Positions 18,438 to 27,957 of a DNA stretch of 64,000 nt are shown here, in pieces. Under the pieces are notes generated by a model that was not told where the DNA came from, ran no database searches, and saw nothing but the letters and a program-made list of their open reading frames with translations. The position numbers were made by a program, and so were the translations under genes. The first letter of the stretch is position 1, and every line of letters begins with the position of its first letter. The stretch lies in IMG/VR virus record IMGVR_UViG_2974759174_000001; one strand, written 5' to 3'. Source of the DNA: Bixzunavirus cane17 (lineage: Duplodnaviria > Heunggongvirae > Uroviricota > Caudoviricetes).

Positions 18438-20177
18438 TTGAAGACCCCTGACCAAGTGGCCAAGGAGATCCTGGCGAAGTTGGCCATCACCGCGCCCGGC
18501 TTCAGCCTGGAGCTGGGCACTCCGGAACGCAAGATCGTCGACGCCGTCGCCGAGGCGATCTCTGAGGCCTACATCGACCAGTATCTGGTCGGGTCCCTAC
18601 TCGACATCGAATCCAAGGCCGGACTGGAGCTGGAGCAGTTCGTGGGCATCTTCGGCTTCGGACGCCTCCAGGGCCGAAAGGCCAATGGCATCGTCCGAGT
18701 CGAGTTGAGCACCGCAAACCCCCAAGATGTGTCCATCCCGCTCGGAAGCCAGTTCTACACCCGTTCCAGCCTGCCTGGCTCGGACAGCCCGCTCTACTTC
18801 ACTTCCACTCAGGCGATCATCATCCCGGCAGGCGCCTACCAGGCCGACATCCCAGTCGAGTGTGTCAACGTGGGCACCACCGGCAACGTCCCGCCGGACT
18901 CGATCGTCTTCGTGGGCGAGGTCGTGAGCGCGTCGAGCGTGACCAACCTGCAGGCCTTCACCGGCGGCATCGACGCCGAGACCGATGCCGAGTTGCGTCA
19001 GCGGTTCAAGGACACCTTCATGCGCAACATCGCCGGGACCGAGGACTGGTACCTCGGCCTGGCCTACCAGAACAAGAACGTCTCCAAGGCCGCGTGCTTC
19101 GGGCCGATCCGCAAGTACGCCACCCAGGTGGCCGTGCCCAACACCACCGTCAACCTGCCGGTGACGAGCGATGTTAAGTACGCATGGCCCGCCGGAGAGA
19201 CCGTCTTCAAGAACCTGGGCCAGTCCGACGAGGTCTTCTACCGGCCCTACGACGACTACACCTTCACCTCGGGCTCCAGCCCGCAGCTGACCCGGGTGTC
19301 CGACGGCCAGATGGTCGTCGGCGACATCGTTGACGTGGAGTTCGAGTACACCACCAAGTCCAGCCGGAACGACCCGCTCAACGGCATCACCAACAAGGTC
19401 GACCTGTTCGTCAACGGCGCCGACCCGTACACCACCACCGAGCGCACGGTGATCACCTCACAGACCCTGTCGGCCACCACCAGCGACGAGCTCTACACCG
19501 GGAACTTCGCCCGAGTCGGCTCCACCGGCACCCCGTCGGCGACCAACCGGTTCATGCGGCTGGGCAGCGTGCCGGTGCTGCAGTTCCCCTCGACGATCAC
19601 CGTCGGCACCACCCAGTATCAGCAGGGCACCCACTACCACCTGCTGCGCGGCACCACCTTGCTGGCCGGATCAGTCCGCGAGGTCGCCGGACTGGAATGG
19701 ACGCCCTCGGGCCCGGCCAACGGCACCCCGCTCACCTTGAGCTACGTCTACAACCGAGTGCCGGAGGTGCTCAACGCCGTGGTCAAGGCCGGAAAGCAGA
19801 TCACCACCGACGTCCTGGTGCACCAGGCCAGCTACCAGTACCTGCGGGTCTACCTCTCGGTGGAGTTCGACCGGGGATACGTGGTCAGCCAGGTCACCAA
19901 CGCGATCAACGACCGGCTGCGGCAGTACTTCTCCAGCCTGCCGTTCGGCGCCTGGATCGAGATCTCCGACCTCACCCTGGCCACCCATCAGGTGCTCGGC
20001 GTGGACAACGTCTACCTGACGACCAGCGTCGAGGACGCGACCAATTACGGCATCAAGGTCTACGGCAACAGCGCCGACCCCACGCCGTCGGTGGTGCAGA
20101 CCGCCGACTTCAAGTTGACCGACAACCAGCTTCCGGTGTTCCTGGAGGCTGTGATCCTGAGGAAGGCGAACCGGTGA
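18438..20177 (+). CDS. Baseplate J-like protein
   Basis: GRLQGRKANG.V, VECVNVGTTGNV, GGIDAETDAELRQR are baseplate J signatures. Confidence 0.9.
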   Translation: MKTPDQVAKEILAKLAITAPGFSLELGTPERKIVDAVAEAISEAYIDQYLVGSLLDIESKAGLELEQFVGIFGFGRLQGRKANGIVRVELSTANPQDVSIPLGSQFYTRSSLPGSDSPLYFTSTQAIIIPAGAYQADIPVECVNVGTTGNVPPDSIVFVGEVVSASSVTNLQAFTGGIDAETDAELRQRFKDTFMRNIAGTEDWYLGLAYQNKNVSKAACFGPIRKYATQVAVPNTTVNLPVTSDVKYAWPAGETVFKNLGQSDEVFYRPYDDYTFTSGSSPQLTRVSDGQMVVGDIVDVEFEYTTKSSRNDPLNGITNKVDLFVNGADPYTTTERTVITSQTLSATTSDELYTGNFARVGSTGTPSATNRFMRLGSVPVLQFPSTITVGTTQYQQGTHYHLLRGTTLLAGSVREVAGLEWTPSGPANGTPLTLSYVYNRVPEVLNAVVKAGKQITTDVLVHQASYQYLRVYLSVEFDRGYVVSQVTNAINDRLRQYFSSLPFGAWIEISDLTLATHQVLGVDNVYLTTSVEDATNYGIKVYGNSADPTPSVVQTADFKLTDNQLPVFLEAVILRKANR

Positions 20178-20590
20178 ATCTTCCTGAGCACATCAGTAGC
20201 AAGCTGGTCTACGAGCAGCGCAGTGAGCGCGTGAGCACCCCGTGCTGGGTTTGGACAGGGTGCACCACTGACAACGGCTACGCCATCTCCAGCGTGGGCG
20301 GCGAACAGTTAGTTCACCGAGGCGTCTACCGCCTGCTCGTCGGCGAGATCACCGAGGAGACCTTGGACCACCTCTGCCTGATCAAGACGTGCGTCAATCC
20401 CGAGCACATGGACCCATGCAGCTACCAAGAGAACAAGCGTCGAGGTATGGCACTGCGTGAGACCTGCCGGTTCGGCCATGAGCTAGACGGCGTTCGCAAG
20501 CGTCCCAACGGGGCGACTTCGCGGTACTGCAAGCAGTGTCAGGCTCGATTCCAGCGTGAAGCCCGAGTACGAAAGAAGGCGGCAGCATGA
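20174..20590 (+). CDS. HNH homing endonuclease (138 aa)
   Basis: CWVWTG...VHR...LDHLC...CVNPEH...EN core plus CRFGH...CKQC tail. 4-bp overlaps at both ends. Confidence 0.9.
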   Translation: MNLPEHISSKLVYEQRSERVSTPCWVWTGCTTDNGYAISSVGGEQLVHRGVYRLLVGEITEETLDHLCLIKTCVNPEHMDPCSYQENKRRGMALRETCRFGHELDGVRKRPNGATSRYCKQCQARFQREARVRKKAAA

Positions 20591-20919
20591 CCGAGACCGA
20601 ACAGCCCAAGAAGCGCGCACCGCGCAAGAAGGCCGCACCGGCGGTCGAGCCGGAGGTCGTCGAGACCCCGGGCCCAGACGCGGTCCTCAAGGCCGACGCG
20701 GACAACCTCGTCGACCCTGACCGTGCGCTCACCGAGCCGCCGCGCACCGCCGAGCAGCGCGTCACCTACGCGCCGGACCCGGCCACCGTCCCGGAGGTCC
20801 CCGGGCACGTGGTCACCGGCTGGGGCTGCTCGTGCGGCTGGCAGCCCAGCTTCGGCCACGCGCTGGGCCTGGGCCTGCAGCAGTTGCGCCACATCGAGCG
20901 TGAGCACGGCACGAAGTGA
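20587..20919 (+). CDS. Hypothetical protein with CxC...H...H metal-binding-like tail
   Basis: Coding-like codon use. WGCSCGW...RHIEREH. Confidence 0.7.
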   Translation: MTETEQPKKRAPRKKAAPAVEPEVVETPGPDAVLKADADNLVDPDRALTEPPRTAEQRVTYAPDPATVPEVPGHVVTGWGCSCGWQPSFGHALGLGLQQLRHIEREHGTK

Positions 20920-21062
20920 AGACCCACCTGCTTGTCGTGCTCGTCGAGGCCGACGATCGGGCTCAGGCCGAGGAACGGCTGGGCAGGTGTCTGGACGACT
21001 ACAACACCCGTGACGACCGAGAGGGTCAGATCACGTTGTTCCGAAAGGAGGGCCCACGATGA
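20916..21062 (+). CDS. Small protein, 48 aa (MKTHLLVVLVEADDRAQAEERL...)
   Basis: GTGA and ATGA overlaps at both ends. Confidence 0.6.
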   Translation: MKTHLLVVLVEADDRAQAEERLGRCLDDYNTRDDREGQITLFRKEGPR

Positions 21063-21202
21063 ACACCATCAAGCGGCTCTTCGTGCCGTCGCCGGTCGTG
21101 GCGACCTACACCGCGCTCGGTATCGCGCTGGGCGCCTTCGGCATCGGCGTGGTCGCGCTGGCCATCTCGCTGCTGCTGCTGTACGGATCGGGGGTGAACT
21201 GA
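21059..21202 (+). CDS. Small membrane protein, 47 aa
   Basis: SD AAAGGAGG. Hydrophobic stretch YTALGIALGAFGIGVVALAISLLLLY. Confidence 0.7.
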   Translation: MNTIKRLFVPSPVVATYTALGIALGAFGIGVVALAISLLLLYGSGVN

Positions 21203-21203
21203 C

Positions 21204-22559
21204 ATGGCGTCCCTGGACCCGTTCCCGCTGATGCCGTCGAAGTCCACCGAACTGCGGCTGGACCATTTCGACCCCGACGTCTACCGGGTCGATTCCTCGA
21301 CCATCCTGTACAAGTTCGTCGACGCGCTGTGCGGCGACGCCGGAGCCGGGTCGTTGAAGAAGGAGATCTTCATCCAGCGGCTCTCGGGCGCGCTGACCGG
21401 CATCTACGGCTCGGATCTGGACTACATCTTCGGCAACGTGCACTTCCTGAGCCGCTCGCCGTCGGAGGCCTACCCGTACAACCCGATGACCGACATGCTC
21501 ACCTCCGACCAGTGGGACGAGGTCAAGGTCAAGGACTCCTGGTACCGCACCCGCATCCGTGAGTTCTTCGCGGCCTGCTCTGCCGGTGGCACCCTCGACG
21601 GCATCCGCATGGCTGTGCACGCAGCCTGCTCGGTGGACTGCGAGGTTATGGAGAATTGGCGTTTCATCGACGACTTCGGCCTGGGATCCAACGTCGGACG
21701 CGCGCCGGTCTCGGCCCGCAACGAGGTCACCGTCAAGCCGCACAAGACCGAGCTGGACCCCAAGGAACGCCGCCTGCTGCGCGACATGCTCGACAAGATC
21801 GCTCCGCAGGACACCATCGTCACCATCTCCGAGGACGGGCTCAATGTGAGCGCCCCGGTGCCGGTGCGCGCGGTCGCGGCGGACTCGACCTACTACCAGG
21901 TGGAAAAGGTCGTCTCGGGCACCCCGGTGCTTGACGCCCTGCCGGACCCGGAGTTCCTGGCCATCGACCTGGACCCGACCGAGAAGTGGCTGTTCTCCAA
22001 GAGCCCCGAGCTGGCGCCGTATGCCCAGTTCAACATCACCAGCGAGTACGGCTACTACTACCTGGCCTCCGGCGGCGCCCGCAGCCCGATCGACTCGGTG
22101 GCCTACGAACGTCTCGTCGAGGGGTCCGATCCGCCCCGGTTCGTGCCCGAGCACCCCTTCGAGTGGTTCGAGCAGACCGGCCAGTTCACCTCGTGGACCG
22201 AATACGACAAGGCCGACAGCCCGGACAATTACCCCGGTGGCAAGTTCGGCATCCATCCGGACGCGGCCCCGGCGCTCAACCCGGACCACTCGCCGTACCA
22301 GTTCCCCTACGCCAGCCAGCAGGCCTACATCACCAAGCGCAAGGCCGAAGTGATCGCGCTGGGCGGCATCGCTGACAACGAGCGCTACCGGCTGCCGGTG
22401 GAGCGTGTCGCGGTGTCGAAGAGGACCTACACCGCCGACCTGGCAATCGCCTACTCGGCGCCGTCGCGCGACTCCACGGTGACCAGTAGCTGGACGGCTC
22501 GCAAGCCGCGCCAGACCGTGGGCGAGATCCGCGATCCCGCGAGCTTCATCCGGGCCTGA
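21204..22559 (+). CDS. Baseplate wedge/tail protein (P2 gpI-like position)
   Basis: 451 aa, follows the J-like gene. R.RIREF...GGTLDGIR pattern. Confidence 0.65.
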   Translation: MASLDPFPLMPSKSTELRLDHFDPDVYRVDSSTILYKFVDALCGDAGAGSLKKEIFIQRLSGALTGIYGSDLDYIFGNVHFLSRSPSEAYPYNPMTDMLTSDQWDEVKVKDSWYRTRIREFFAACSAGGTLDGIRMAVHAACSVDCEVMENWRFIDDFGLGSNVGRAPVSARNEVTVKPHKTELDPKERRLLRDMLDKIAPQDTIVTISEDGLNVSAPVPVRAVAADSTYYQVEKVVSGTPVLDALPDPEFLAIDLDPTEKWLFSKSPELAPYAQFNITSEYGYYYLASGGARSPIDSVAYERLVEGSDPPRFVPEHPFEWFEQTGQFTSWTEYDKADSPDNYPGGKFGIHPDAAPALNPDHSPYQFPYASQQAYITKRKAEVIALGGIADNERYRLPVERVAVSKRTYTADLAIAYSAPSRDSTVTSSWTARKPRQTVGEIRDPASFIRA

Positions 22560-22570
22560 CAAAGGAGCGA

Positions 22571-25500
22571 GTGGCCAAAGTGGCAACCAGCATCAACGAG
22601 ACCACGTTCTACTACGACTACAACTACCCGCTGAAGCTGGTCGACCTGATCCTGGGGTTGATCAACAACCGCAACGATCCGTCGAACCCGGCGCAGCAGG
22701 TGGACCCGGCCAACCGGGAGTGGTTCAGTCAGCCTCGGACCTACGACGACGGCGGGACCGAAGTTATCACGGCGACTTTCAAGCTGCCGCTGAGCATCTC
22801 CGAGCTGTCCATGGACATCCTGCGGATGCCGTGCGTGGCCGAGGCCTGGTACCAGGACCGGTCTAACAACTGGCGCCAGGTGCTGGACATGCAGCGTGTG
22901 CCGGTGCGGGTCAACGTCAGCCGGTCCGACGCCAAGAGCTACTTCACGTTCAGCACCAAGGTCTACCCGATCGTGGCCAAGAAGCTGCAGATCCGGCTCA
23001 CCCGCGCGCGCGACCTGGCACTGGCCGACACCCCGTTCCCGGTCGGCCTGCGCAACACCCTGATCCGGCGCAACGTCTACGAGCGAGCCCAGGGCCAGCA
23101 GTACTTCGAGGAAGAGCAGGACGTTCTCGGCAACGTCATCAGCAAGTACATCAAGGACTGGGACGCCCCGCGCGCGGTCGACGACGACCCGTTCACCTTC
23201 TGGCGCAGCGCGGCCATGCCGGACCCCTCGGCGGTGGCCAGCCTGTACCTGGACATCCGGGGCGAGGAAGGTCAGCCCAAGACCGTCGACAAGATCTACC
23301 TCGACCCGGTCTACACCGGCCAGCACCTCAACCTCTACTACTCGTCGGACAACACCGTCGGCGTCCGGCGACTCAACCCAATCACCGTGGCGCCCAGCGA
23401 GGACTACAACACCGACTGGCGGATCTCCCGGGGCCGCTGGGACATCTCCGACGGCATCGAGGACTCCTACTACCGCTGGCCGATGTCGCTGGGCCCGCAG
23501 CTGGGCGCCGACGCCTGGTTCGGCGTCGAATGGACGCCGGACTTCGACCCGACCGACGGCCCGCCGGACAACCCGGTCCTGTTCGAGGCCATGGACCCCA
23601 GCGGCCCGGCCTTCAAGCCGTCCTTGAGCTACGACGTCGGCGCCGGGCAGTTCGTGCTGACGCTGAGCGACGGGACCGACGAGTACACCTTCGACGCGCC
23701 GCTGAGCGCCCTGTTCACCCCGTTCGACCCGCTGCGCATCGTGGTCGGCTGGCGATACGACCCTGACACCGTGTTCATCAGCGTGCGCGACCGCACCGGC
23801 GCCGAGGTGGCCCGTCTGGAGGAGGCCACCAGCCTGCCGCAGCTGATCACCTTCGACGGCACCTGCCAGATGTACAAGTTCCGAGGCCTGATTACCGCCC
23901 TGGTGCTCAAGCTGGAGGACTACCGCACCAGCGCCGACGCCTTCACCCGATCGCCGGTCTACTACGTCGACCCCGACCCGGTCATTCCCGACCCCAACGG
24001 CGTGGTCCCGTCCACCACCCTGGACAACGCGGTCTACGCCTACGCGGCCACCGCGCAGGAGCACGGCTCCGGCGGTGTCGACGACTCCTGGTTCGAGGAC
24101 AAGGAGTGGACGCCGATCTGGCGCAACTACCTGGCGGAGAAGGGCATGCTCTTCCTCCCACAGGCGATCTCGGCAAAGTACCTCAAGCTGGAGTTCACCA
24201 ACCTCACCGAGGAGCCCTACCCGGTCTACGAGTCCGAGACCGAGGTCCGCTACAAGGTCTTCCCGATCTCGGTTGCCCAGATGAGCTGGAAGGGCTCGCG
24301 GCAGTTCACCGAGAATCGGGGCCACTACCTGGGCCAGGGCACCTTCGTCTCGCGCAACGGCGTGCGCAGCGTCAACTGGCTCTCGTCGGCCTCGGTGGCC
24401 GAGGCGATCGACGCGCTGTGGGGCACCCACACCCCGGCGGTCTCGATCGACACCGGCCCCAGCTATGTCACCGACACCATGCCCAACGCCAGCGCAGAGC
24501 TGATTCAGAGCTCCAAGCGCACCGAGGCCGGATCGAGCTACGTCTACCGGCGCGAGGTCCTGCAGCCCTACATCCTGGCTGAGGACGCCTACGTCACCAC
24601 GATCAAGGCCGAAGGTCTGCAGCAGCTGGCCTACTTCACCGATGTGCCCTGGAACGACATCGAGCAGGCCAACCCGGGGGCGGTCACCCACGTCAAGTCG
24701 ACCGGCGCCCTGCCGATCCGGGGCACCGACTGGTGGATCTACCCAGGCCAACAGCTGCGCATCCCGGCCAGCGTGATGTCCAAGCTGACCGACACCTCCA
24801 CGGTGACCGAGCGCAAGTTCACCACCGAGACCCGGGTGCGGTTCACCACGACCAGCGTGCACCGCTACGAGTACAAGACCCTCAAGCGCGACGCGGCGAT
24901 CGCCTACTTCGCGGGAGTGCGTGAGGTCGTGCCGATGACCTCGACCTTCATTGCGGGCGAAGACAAGCCGTACTTCGACTTCCCACACTACGACACCGAT
25001 CACTTCGTCACGACGTTCACCCGGCAGCTGGAAAGCGGGCCGACGACCACCCAGCGACGGCTGTACACCATCCCCAACCGGCTGTTCGAGCGCAACCTGA
25101 TGAACTGGGTCACCGACAACACCAACGCCTGGAGCTGGGACGGGGTCACCGGTCGCTGGCTGCGCGGCTCGGCGCGGTGCGACCTCGACGGCCTCGGACA
25201 CACCCTGATGTCGTCGCGACTGTCGGTAGAGCCCGGCGAAGAGCTCAACGCTATGGTCTCGGTGAAGTGGGCCGACCTGGAAGGCCTCGACGCCGACGAC
25301 GTCGCGATCCGCTGGGGCGTCCGGTACTACGACGCCAACAGCGAGCTGCTGACAGACGACTACCTCGACGACATCTCCTACACCGACTGGGAGAACCACC
25401 TCGAAGAGGACTGGATCGACCTCGACGGCGCCTCGACGGTGCCTGACGGCGCGGCCTGGTTCCGGGTCCTGCTGGAGGTGACCAACCAGGCCAACGCCGG

Positions 25501-26374
25501 AACGGTCTGGTTCGAGAGTGTCAAGGTCGACAGCGCCGACGACACCACCGCGACCATCTTCAAGAGCCTGGAGACCCAGTCCACCTTCACCAAGGTGGCG
25601 GTGGACTTCCGGGACTCAGGTCTGTGGCGCGGCGACAGCATGTGGGCCGACATCGAGCCGGACAGCGAGTCGATCGACGACACCAAGCTGGCCTACTACA
25701 CCCGGACGATTCCGGAGACTATCCCCGGAGGCTTCTGGGGTGACACAACGAAGGCGTGGGGTGGTGACAATGTCGAGTGGGGCTCTCCGTTCGCTGTGGT
25801 CAGCGTTACTGTCGACGGCAATCGTCGCTATCAAGGTAAGCGCGTGCTTCGTTTCCGCCGTGCGGCTGGGGCTGGGGAGGCGGGCATCAAGGTCAAGCAG
25901 TGGACACACTTTGTGCCGCTCGGCCTCTTCCGGATTGGAGCTGTTTTCTACAAGCCGCTCGCGAACGACAACCAGATCACGGTCCGTCTGCGTCGCCTGT
26001 CCGACGGCGTCATCGTGTACGAGGAGACGGTAGAGGCGCCCTCGGGCCGCTGGCACGAGTTCAAGACCAAGTTCGTCGAGATCCCGGACAGCACCCAGCA
26101 GGAGTACGAGGTCATGCTCACCCTGGAGGGTGACGAGGAGGACGAGCTGTACCTGGCCGACCTCTACACCGAGATCGCCAACGTCCGGTACTTCATCCGG
26201 CTCGGCGCCTCGGGCAGCTTCCTGCACGAGGTCACTGACCTGCGCTACGCCCAGGATGGCCGGGCGATCGTCACCACGAGCACTCCGACCAACCAGCTCA
26301 GCGTGCAAGCGGCCATCCTGTCCCCGGAAGCTTTCGCGTACGGTTGTCGAATCCAACCGTTCTACCTGAAGTGA
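22571..26374 (+). CDS. Large minor tail protein with carbohydrate-binding-like domains (1267 aa)
   Basis: Trp/Tyr-rich beta-sandwich-like segments (FERNLMNW, VWFESVKV). Last gene of the tail operon. Confidence 0.75.
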   Translation: MAKVATSINETTFYYDYNYPLKLVDLILGLINNRNDPSNPAQQVDPANREWFSQPRTYDDGGTEVITATFKLPLSISELSMDILRMPCVAEAWYQDRSNNWRQVLDMQRVPVRVNVSRSDAKSYFTFSTKVYPIVAKKLQIRLTRARDLALADTPFPVGLRNTLIRRNVYERAQGQQYFEEEQDVLGNVISKYIKDWDAPRAVDDDPFTFWRSAAMPDPSAVASLYLDIRGEEGQPKTVDKIYLDPVYTGQHLNLYYSSDNTVGVRRLNPITVAPSEDYNTDWRISRGRWDISDGIEDSYYRWPMSLGPQLGADAWFGVEWTPDFDPTDGPPDNPVLFEAMDPSGPAFKPSLSYDVGAGQFVLTLSDGTDEYTFDAPLSALFTPFDPLRIVVGWRYDPDTVFISVRDRTGAEVARLEEATSLPQLITFDGTCQMYKFRGLITALVLKLEDYRTSADAFTRSPVYYVDPDPVIPDPNGVVPSTTLDNAVYAYAATAQEHGSGGVDDSWFEDKEWTPIWRNYLAEKGMLFLPQAISAKYLKLEFTNLTEEPYPVYESETEVRYKVFPISVAQMSWKGSRQFTENRGHYLGQGTFVSRNGVRSVNWLSSASVAEAIDALWGTHTPAVSIDTGPSYVTDTMPNASAELIQSSKRTEAGSSYVYRREVLQPYILAEDAYVTTIKAEGLQQLAYFTDVPWNDIEQANPGAVTHVKSTGALPIRGTDWWIYPGQQLRIPASVMSKLTDTSTVTERKFTTETRVRFTTTSVHRYEYKTLKRDAAIAYFAGVREVVPMTSTFIAGEDKPYFDFPHYDTDHFVTTFTRQLESGPTTTQRRLYTIPNRLFERNLMNWVTDNTNAWSWDGVTGRWLRGSARCDLDGLGHTLMSSRLSVEPGEELNAMVSVKWADLEGLDADDVAIRWGVRYYDANSELLTDDYLDDISYTDWENHLEEDWIDLDGASTVPDGAAWFRVLLEVTNQANAGTVWFESVKVDSADDTTATIFKSLETQSTFTKVAVDFRDSGLWRGDSMWADIEPDSESIDDTKLAYYTRTIPETIPGGFWGDTTKAWGGDNVEWGSPFAVVSVTVDGNRRYQGKRVLRFRRAAGAGEAGIKVKQWTHFVPLGLFRIGAVFYKPLANDNQITVRLRRLSDGVIVYEETVEAPSGRWHEFKTKFVEIPDSTQQEYEVMLTLEGDEEDELYLADLYTEIANVRYFIRLGASGSFLHEVTDLRYAQDGRAIVTTSTPTNQLSVQAAILSPEAFAYGCRIQPFYLK

Positions 26375-26701
26375 TCAGTCGATGTAGACGACGAGCAGGT
26401 CGCCGCCGTAACCGACGCCCCAGCAGCGCTTGGCCTCACCCCAGTTGGTAGTGGTGGCGGGAGCGCAGTGCATCCGGTAGACCTTGCCGGTGGCCGGGCT
26501 GTAGGCCAGCGGGTCCCAGCCAGACTGGCGGTAGAACCCCCGGAAGACGTTGTCGGCGAAGCCGCAGCTGGTGTTGGCGGTGACCACCGCACTGACCTGC
26601 GACGGACAGATCGTCATGTATTCGGCGGACGCGGACGGGGCACTGATCAGGCCCAGGGTGATACCGGCGGCAACGAGTCCGCCGGTGACGAGCTTCTTCA
26701 T
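26375..26701 (-). CDS. Secreted protein with signal peptide and four Cys
   Basis: MKKLVTGGLVAAGITLGLISAPSASA signal (AxA cleavage). TSCGFADNV...AYSPATGKVYRMHC motif. Confidence 0.8.
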   Translation of the reverse strand: MKKLVTGGLVAAGITLGLISAPSASAEYMTICPSQVSAVVTANTSCGFADNVFRGFYRQSGWDPLAYSPATGKVYRMHCAPATTTNWGEAKRCWGVGYGGDLLVVYID

Positions 26702-26739
26702 GGATCTCCCTCTGGTGTGGGTGGGTGGAGCGGCGAGGA

Positions 26740-27138
26740 CTAGATGTCCTCGCCGTACAGCAGGGACCGCTTGTAGTCCTCGTCCGGGTCGTAGGGCTCG
26801 TCGTCGTCCCAGATCCAGTCCTCCCCGGCGACTGCCGCGTCGAGCTCGGCGTCGGAGTCGGCATGCCGGTGTGCGCGGGCACTGGTGGCTACGATGACAA
26901 CCTCGTTGCCCTCACCGAGGATCCGGAAGCCGTTGGTGCCGACGTAGTTCTCGCTGTAGCCGCGACCGATGCGCTCAACAGTGGTCGACGCCGACTCCAG
27001 CGTTCCGTCGGCCAGGCGGCGCTCATGGATTTCGGTGGCTCCGGTGCTTCCGGTCGCCCGGGCGGTGATCATCGCGGCGAAAGCGCGGTCAATGACGCCC
27101 TGGTCGGCGATCAGGTTCTCGATGGCGTGCTTGGACAT
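26740..27138 (-). CDS. Hypothetical protein (132 aa)
   Basis: SD AGGAGA and CA-rich leader before ATG at 27138. Confidence 0.75.
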   Translation of the reverse strand: MSKHAIENLIADQGVIDRAFAAMITARATGSTGATEIHERRLADGTLESASTTVERIGRGYSENYVGTNGFRILGEGNEVVIVATSARAHRHADSDAELDAAVAGEDWIWDDDEPYDPDEDYKRSLLYGEDI

Positions 27139-27171
27139 TGATCTCTCCTGTGTGAGTGGGTGGTGGCGATG

Positions 27172-27209
27172 CACCCACTATAACTCGTCTGTAGGGGGAG
27201 GCTATTTCC
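27172..27209 (-). promoter_or_regulatory. Leftward promoter candidate containing GTTATAGTGGGTG
   Basis: 13-bp exact match to 40071-40083. TATAGT -10-like hexamer. Confidence 0.55.
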
Positions 27210-27213
27210 GACC

Positions 27214-27237
27214 GTTATGTGACGACGATCACATAAC
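27214..27237. promoter_or_regulatory. Perfect CRP-type palindrome GTTATGTGA-N6-TCACATAAC in a divergent intergenic region
   Basis: TGTGA(27218-22) CGACGA TCACA(27229-33) is the CRP consensus, extended to a 9-bp perfect inverted repeat. Confidence 0.65.
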
Positions 27238-27315
27238 ACCGGGGAATGACCCGTCCTATAGTGCTGTTGTACGGAGTGTTCGACACTCACACACCACCAC
27301 ACAGGAGAAGGAACA

Positions 27316-27789
27316 ATGGCCCTCACCTACGCCCGCGACAACGTCCGCTACTCCCGCACCGCCATCGACCAGGCCGTCGCCGAGGGATTCGCCAAGGCTT
27401 TTGAGACCGCCAAGGGCATCTTCTACGTGCTCAAGACCGATCAGGGCTCGTTCAAGGTCACTCCGGACATGATCGACGAGGACGGCATGTCCCCCGAGGA
27501 GCAGGCCGAGGAAGAGGACTTCCATCGCCAGGCCTACCTGGCCGAACAGGGCTACGAGCGTTTCCTGGAGACCCGCTACGCCGATGCCATCGCCGAGGAG
27601 GACCGCTGGGAGCGCCTCAACGGCGCCCGGGACTACTGGGAGGATAAGGGGGAGGCCGAGCCCACCGTCGACGAGGTCGACGAGCTGGCCCGCGAGGAGC
27701 GCGATCGTGCCGAGGACTGGGAGGACACCGAAGCCGCGATCATCCGGGGCGAGAACGCCCTGCTGGGCCGGTTCGGCGTCCACTTCTGA
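27316..27789 (+). CDS. Acidic hypothetical protein (157 aa)
   Basis: CA-rich leader, AGGAG SD, high GC3. Confidence 0.8.
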   Translation: MALTYARDNVRYSRTAIDQAVAEGFAKAFETAKGIFYVLKTDQGSFKVTPDMIDEDGMSPEEQAEEEDFHRQAYLAEQGYERFLETRYADAIAEEDRWERLNGARDYWEDKGEAEPTVDEVDELAREERDRAEDWEDTEAAIIRGENALLGRFGVHF

Positions 27790-27797
27790 TTCACCCC

Positions 27798-27823
27798 GGC
27801 GGGGTCCACACGGGCCCCGCCTT
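27798..27823 (+). terminator. GC-rich hairpin after 27789, possible terminator or processing stem
   Basis: GGCGGGGTCC-ACAC-GGGCCCCGCC with only a TT tail. Confidence 0.4.
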
Positions 27824-27890
27824 CACTCACTCACCCAAGGAGCCATCATGGCAGGCCTTCTCTGGCGCGGGCATCTCCGCCGAGCTGGTT

Positions 27891-27920
27891 GAAATAAAAC
27901 CTCATACCGCTGTGTTATAC
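27891..27920 (+). promoter_or_regulatory. Promoter candidate GAAATAAAACCTCATACCGCTGTGTTATAC
   Basis: Shares CATA..GC...GTTATA with 28102-28130 and 40048-40083. Confidence 0.55.
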
Positions 27921-27957
27921 ATGCTGTAAGCGACACACACTCACACAGGAGAGAACC

